A DNA stretch of 49,258 nucleotides, the filler included, from Sphacelaria rigidula (taxonomy: Eukaryota), in the NCBI GenBank assembly GCA_964200075.2. It is 3 parts of 3 records of this genome, joined end to end, with 100 filler letters (N's around TTAATTAATTAA, not from the genome) between each part and the next. Parts side by side here need not be neighbours in the genome. Positions count along the whole stretch, not along the records: positions 32,909 to 49,258 come from CAXNAA020001389.1; 2 more parts are not named here. One strand, given 5' to 3'. This document shows, piece by piece, positions 48,601 to 49,258 of this stretch. Each line of letters starts with the position of its first letter. Position 1 is the first letter of the stretch. A program made the translations under genes and the position numbers. The notes below the pieces were generated by a model. It did no database searches. It saw only the letters and a list, made by a program, of their open reading frames with translations, and was not told the DNA's origin.

Positions 48601-48671
48601 CTCTGCACATGGTGGAGCTGCCTCGTCTCAGGCTGCGCTTCGAGGCGAAGGCGGAAGGACCTGGTGGGAAG
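33448..48671 (+). CDS. Internal part (16 exons, ~845 aa) of a very large protein of unknown function, possibly the giant DUF3638/DUF3645-type protist family; partial at both ends
   Basis: Exons 33448-33635, 33894-34001, 35908-36022, 36233-36393, 37070-37240, 38349-38466, 38880-38998, 40407-40598, 42910-43022, 43764-43960, 45060-45158, 45655-45753, 45993-46247, 46826-47090, 47946-48108, 48500-48671 splice in phase without stops (2535 nt). The family label rests on recalled motifs only. Confidence 0.85.
33894..34001 (+). CDS. Large protein exon (DPRIMDELARAQGRWRRKLNSEAFPVLERWLKRSA)
   Basis: ggcag acceptor; donor AG|GTGCTG; phases 2/2. Confidence 0.8.
35736..35788. repeat. 9-bp tandem repeat (GTGTGTGGT), about 6 copies
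   Basis: Directly visible in the intron. Confidence 0.9.
35908..36022 (+). CDS. Large protein exon (EGDTKIACVLHAHLLLLFKNL)
   Basis: aacag acceptor; donor CAG|GTGACG. Confidence 0.82.
36233..36393 (+). CDS. Large protein exon (VWLMVHHRFDLE...LMIPPTEVFEILTQH)
   Basis: ctcag acceptor; donor CG|GTGCGT. Confidence 0.82.
37070..37240 (+). CDS. Large protein exon (VKILKWLEQNPLLADKVLEGVVRVITLTG)
   Basis: ttttccccag acceptor; donor AG|GTGAGG. Confidence 0.85.
38349..38466 (+). CDS. Large protein exon (FVPDTE...SYEEYLRRLTQAVDTE)
   Basis: tttttcag acceptor; donor GAG|GTAATC. Confidence 0.85.
38880..38998 (+). CDS. Large protein exon (VNTQLGEFTLRRHTMETLP...DFESVFG)
   Basis: tcttctcag acceptor; donor AG|GTGCGA. 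Confidence 0.85.
39699..39814. mobile_element. piggyBac-type MITE, second copy (inverted, right end damaged)
   Basis: TTAA|CCCTTTTGGAACCCATT...ATGGGTTCCCAAAA; the core is the reverse complement of 32724-32762. Confidence 0.75.
40407..40598 (+). CDS. Large protein exon (CAEVLNTTRRTWLRLVGRRHDVQLWDED)
   Basis: atgcag acceptor; donor AG|GTGAGC. Confidence 0.85.
40862..41868. mobile_element. Long-arm inverted-repeat element flanked by 24-bp direct repeats
   Basis: Arms ~40905-41085 and ~41640-41820 are diverged reverse complements (GGGATCGGAAGATGCTAGGC / GCCTAGTATCTTCTGATCC). A related arm lies at ~33030-33200. Confidence 0.6.
42910..43022 (+). CDS. Large protein exon (HFPEWMLFMPQGAYSEAHTFAHLSAYHVIEVKEPAPH)
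   Basis: aaacag acceptor; donor G|GTAGGC; bridges phase 2 to phase 1. Confidence 0.75.
43764..43960 (+). CDS. Large protein exon (LKEVVVAKDPPVVHVFDIVGHGRRFYRTLVFSSD)
   Basis: aaacag acceptor; donor GGG|GTGAGA. Confidence 0.85.
44690..44776 (-). repeat. Retroposon 3' end, family E
   Basis: Reverse complement closely matches 29062-29148. Confidence 0.7.
45060..45158 (+). CDS. Large protein exon (AAGNPLTEPLKDSSLVITRSPE)
   Basis: AAG acceptor; donor GAG|GTATCA. Confidence 0.75.
45655..45753 (+). CDS. Large protein exon (VYIPLRLLRGIVPEVLLHSFHFWQYQ)
   Basis: ttttttccag acceptor; donor CAG|GTATTT. Confidence 0.85.
45993..46247 (+). CDS. Large protein exon (DDGLVGIP...LIKIRLFKEVKKDE)
   Basis: ctctcag acceptor; probable GC donor GAG|GCAAGT, with an alternative GT donor at 46233. 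Confidence 0.75.
46826..47090 (+). CDS. Large protein exon (SGQGHSEAFGVITRVHFP)
   Basis: ctacag acceptor; donor G|GTGAGA. Confidence 0.8.
47946..48108 (+). CDS. Large protein exon (GVGDVAPHG...TLLNLLFVPDG)
   Basis: cacag acceptor; donor AG|GTTCGT. Confidence 0.78.
48500..48671 (+). CDS. Large protein exon (PMKTLAKALLRLDGLSHVLAWT...VELPRLRLRF)
   Basis: caatag acceptor; donor AAG|GTGAGG; no in-frame stop, so the gene continues beyond the contig. Confidence 0.85.
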
Positions 48672-49059
48672 GTGAGGGTGAGGGTGCTACCTCGTTATCC
48701 CGAAGGATGATGATACTCCGCCATACAGATCAGCATGGGTTGCTGGGTCTTTCTGTTGAAGAAGAGTGATACCAAGATTGTGTGTTCGATCCCCGCGTAC
48801 GTGGCTGAAGCCAGCTGCTATGATTCAGGTGATCAATATATTACATAAAAAGCCACGTTCTCCGTCAAAAGTCGATAGGTAAGACTCGAAGATCACGCGG
48901 CATCTGTGTTGTTGTCCTAGACGGTAACTTAATGGCGTTCTTTTCGTCTATCCTAGATGTAGTCATGTACTCTTATTTCGCGATTTTCGCAACAAAATCG
49001 TGAATTAAAAAAAAATCACGGGGCTGAAAATGGAGTCTTCGTACGTACGTCCTGTACAT

Positions 49060-49148
49060 TGTGTCGAAATTTCATAGAAAACGACCCAAAATTGAGCTGC
49101 TATATCGCGTGTCCACATCCCTGCCCGCGTCTTGGGCGGCCCAGCCTG
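49060..49148 (-). mobile_element. Diverged, internally deleted relative of family C
   Basis: Ends GGCGGCCCAGCCTG|TA; AAATTTCATAGAAAACGACCCAAAATTGAG resembles 11532-11562. Confidence 0.5.
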
Positions 49149-49258
49149 TATTTAGCACTATTCTGAACTTCAGCCTTGGGGAGTGGAGTGGGTAATATCA
49201 GCTTACCCTTCATGCGACTCGCCGAACACACAACGGCGCTTCGCGCTTGGTGGTTGAG

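Overview
Eukaryotic, intron-rich and repeat-rich DNA, most likely a stramenopile and probably a brown alga (inferred from gene style: short GC-rich exons, long GT-AG introns with YAG acceptors). The window is three separate contigs (1-16355, 16456-32808, 32909-49258; 16355, 16353 and 16350 bp) joined by artificial N44-TTAATTAATTAA-N44 spacers, so neighbourhood across the gaps carries no meaning. Most entries in the ORF track are spurious. Manual splicing gave three phase-consistent genes. (1) A complete 7-exon minus-strand gene for a ~506-aa FHA + C3HC4 RING + CCHC-knuckle protein (RNF8/CHFR-like E3 ligase). (2) A complete 5-exon minus-strand gene for a ~482-aa secreted protein with a degenerate, interrupted bulb-type-lectin-like C-terminus. 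(3) Sixteen internal exons (~845 codons) of a very large plus-strand gene that is incomplete at both ends. Introns and intergenic DNA hold a decayed element encoding an XPG/FEN-like nuclease plus a Cys-rich domain (Academ-like), a TA-flanked Tc1/mariner-type non-autonomous family with nested insertions, Harbinger- and piggyBac-type MITEs, tRNA-derived SINEs, retroposon tails sharing one 3' motif, and a perfect 30-bp hairpin. Family names come from motifs recognised by eye; no database search was run.
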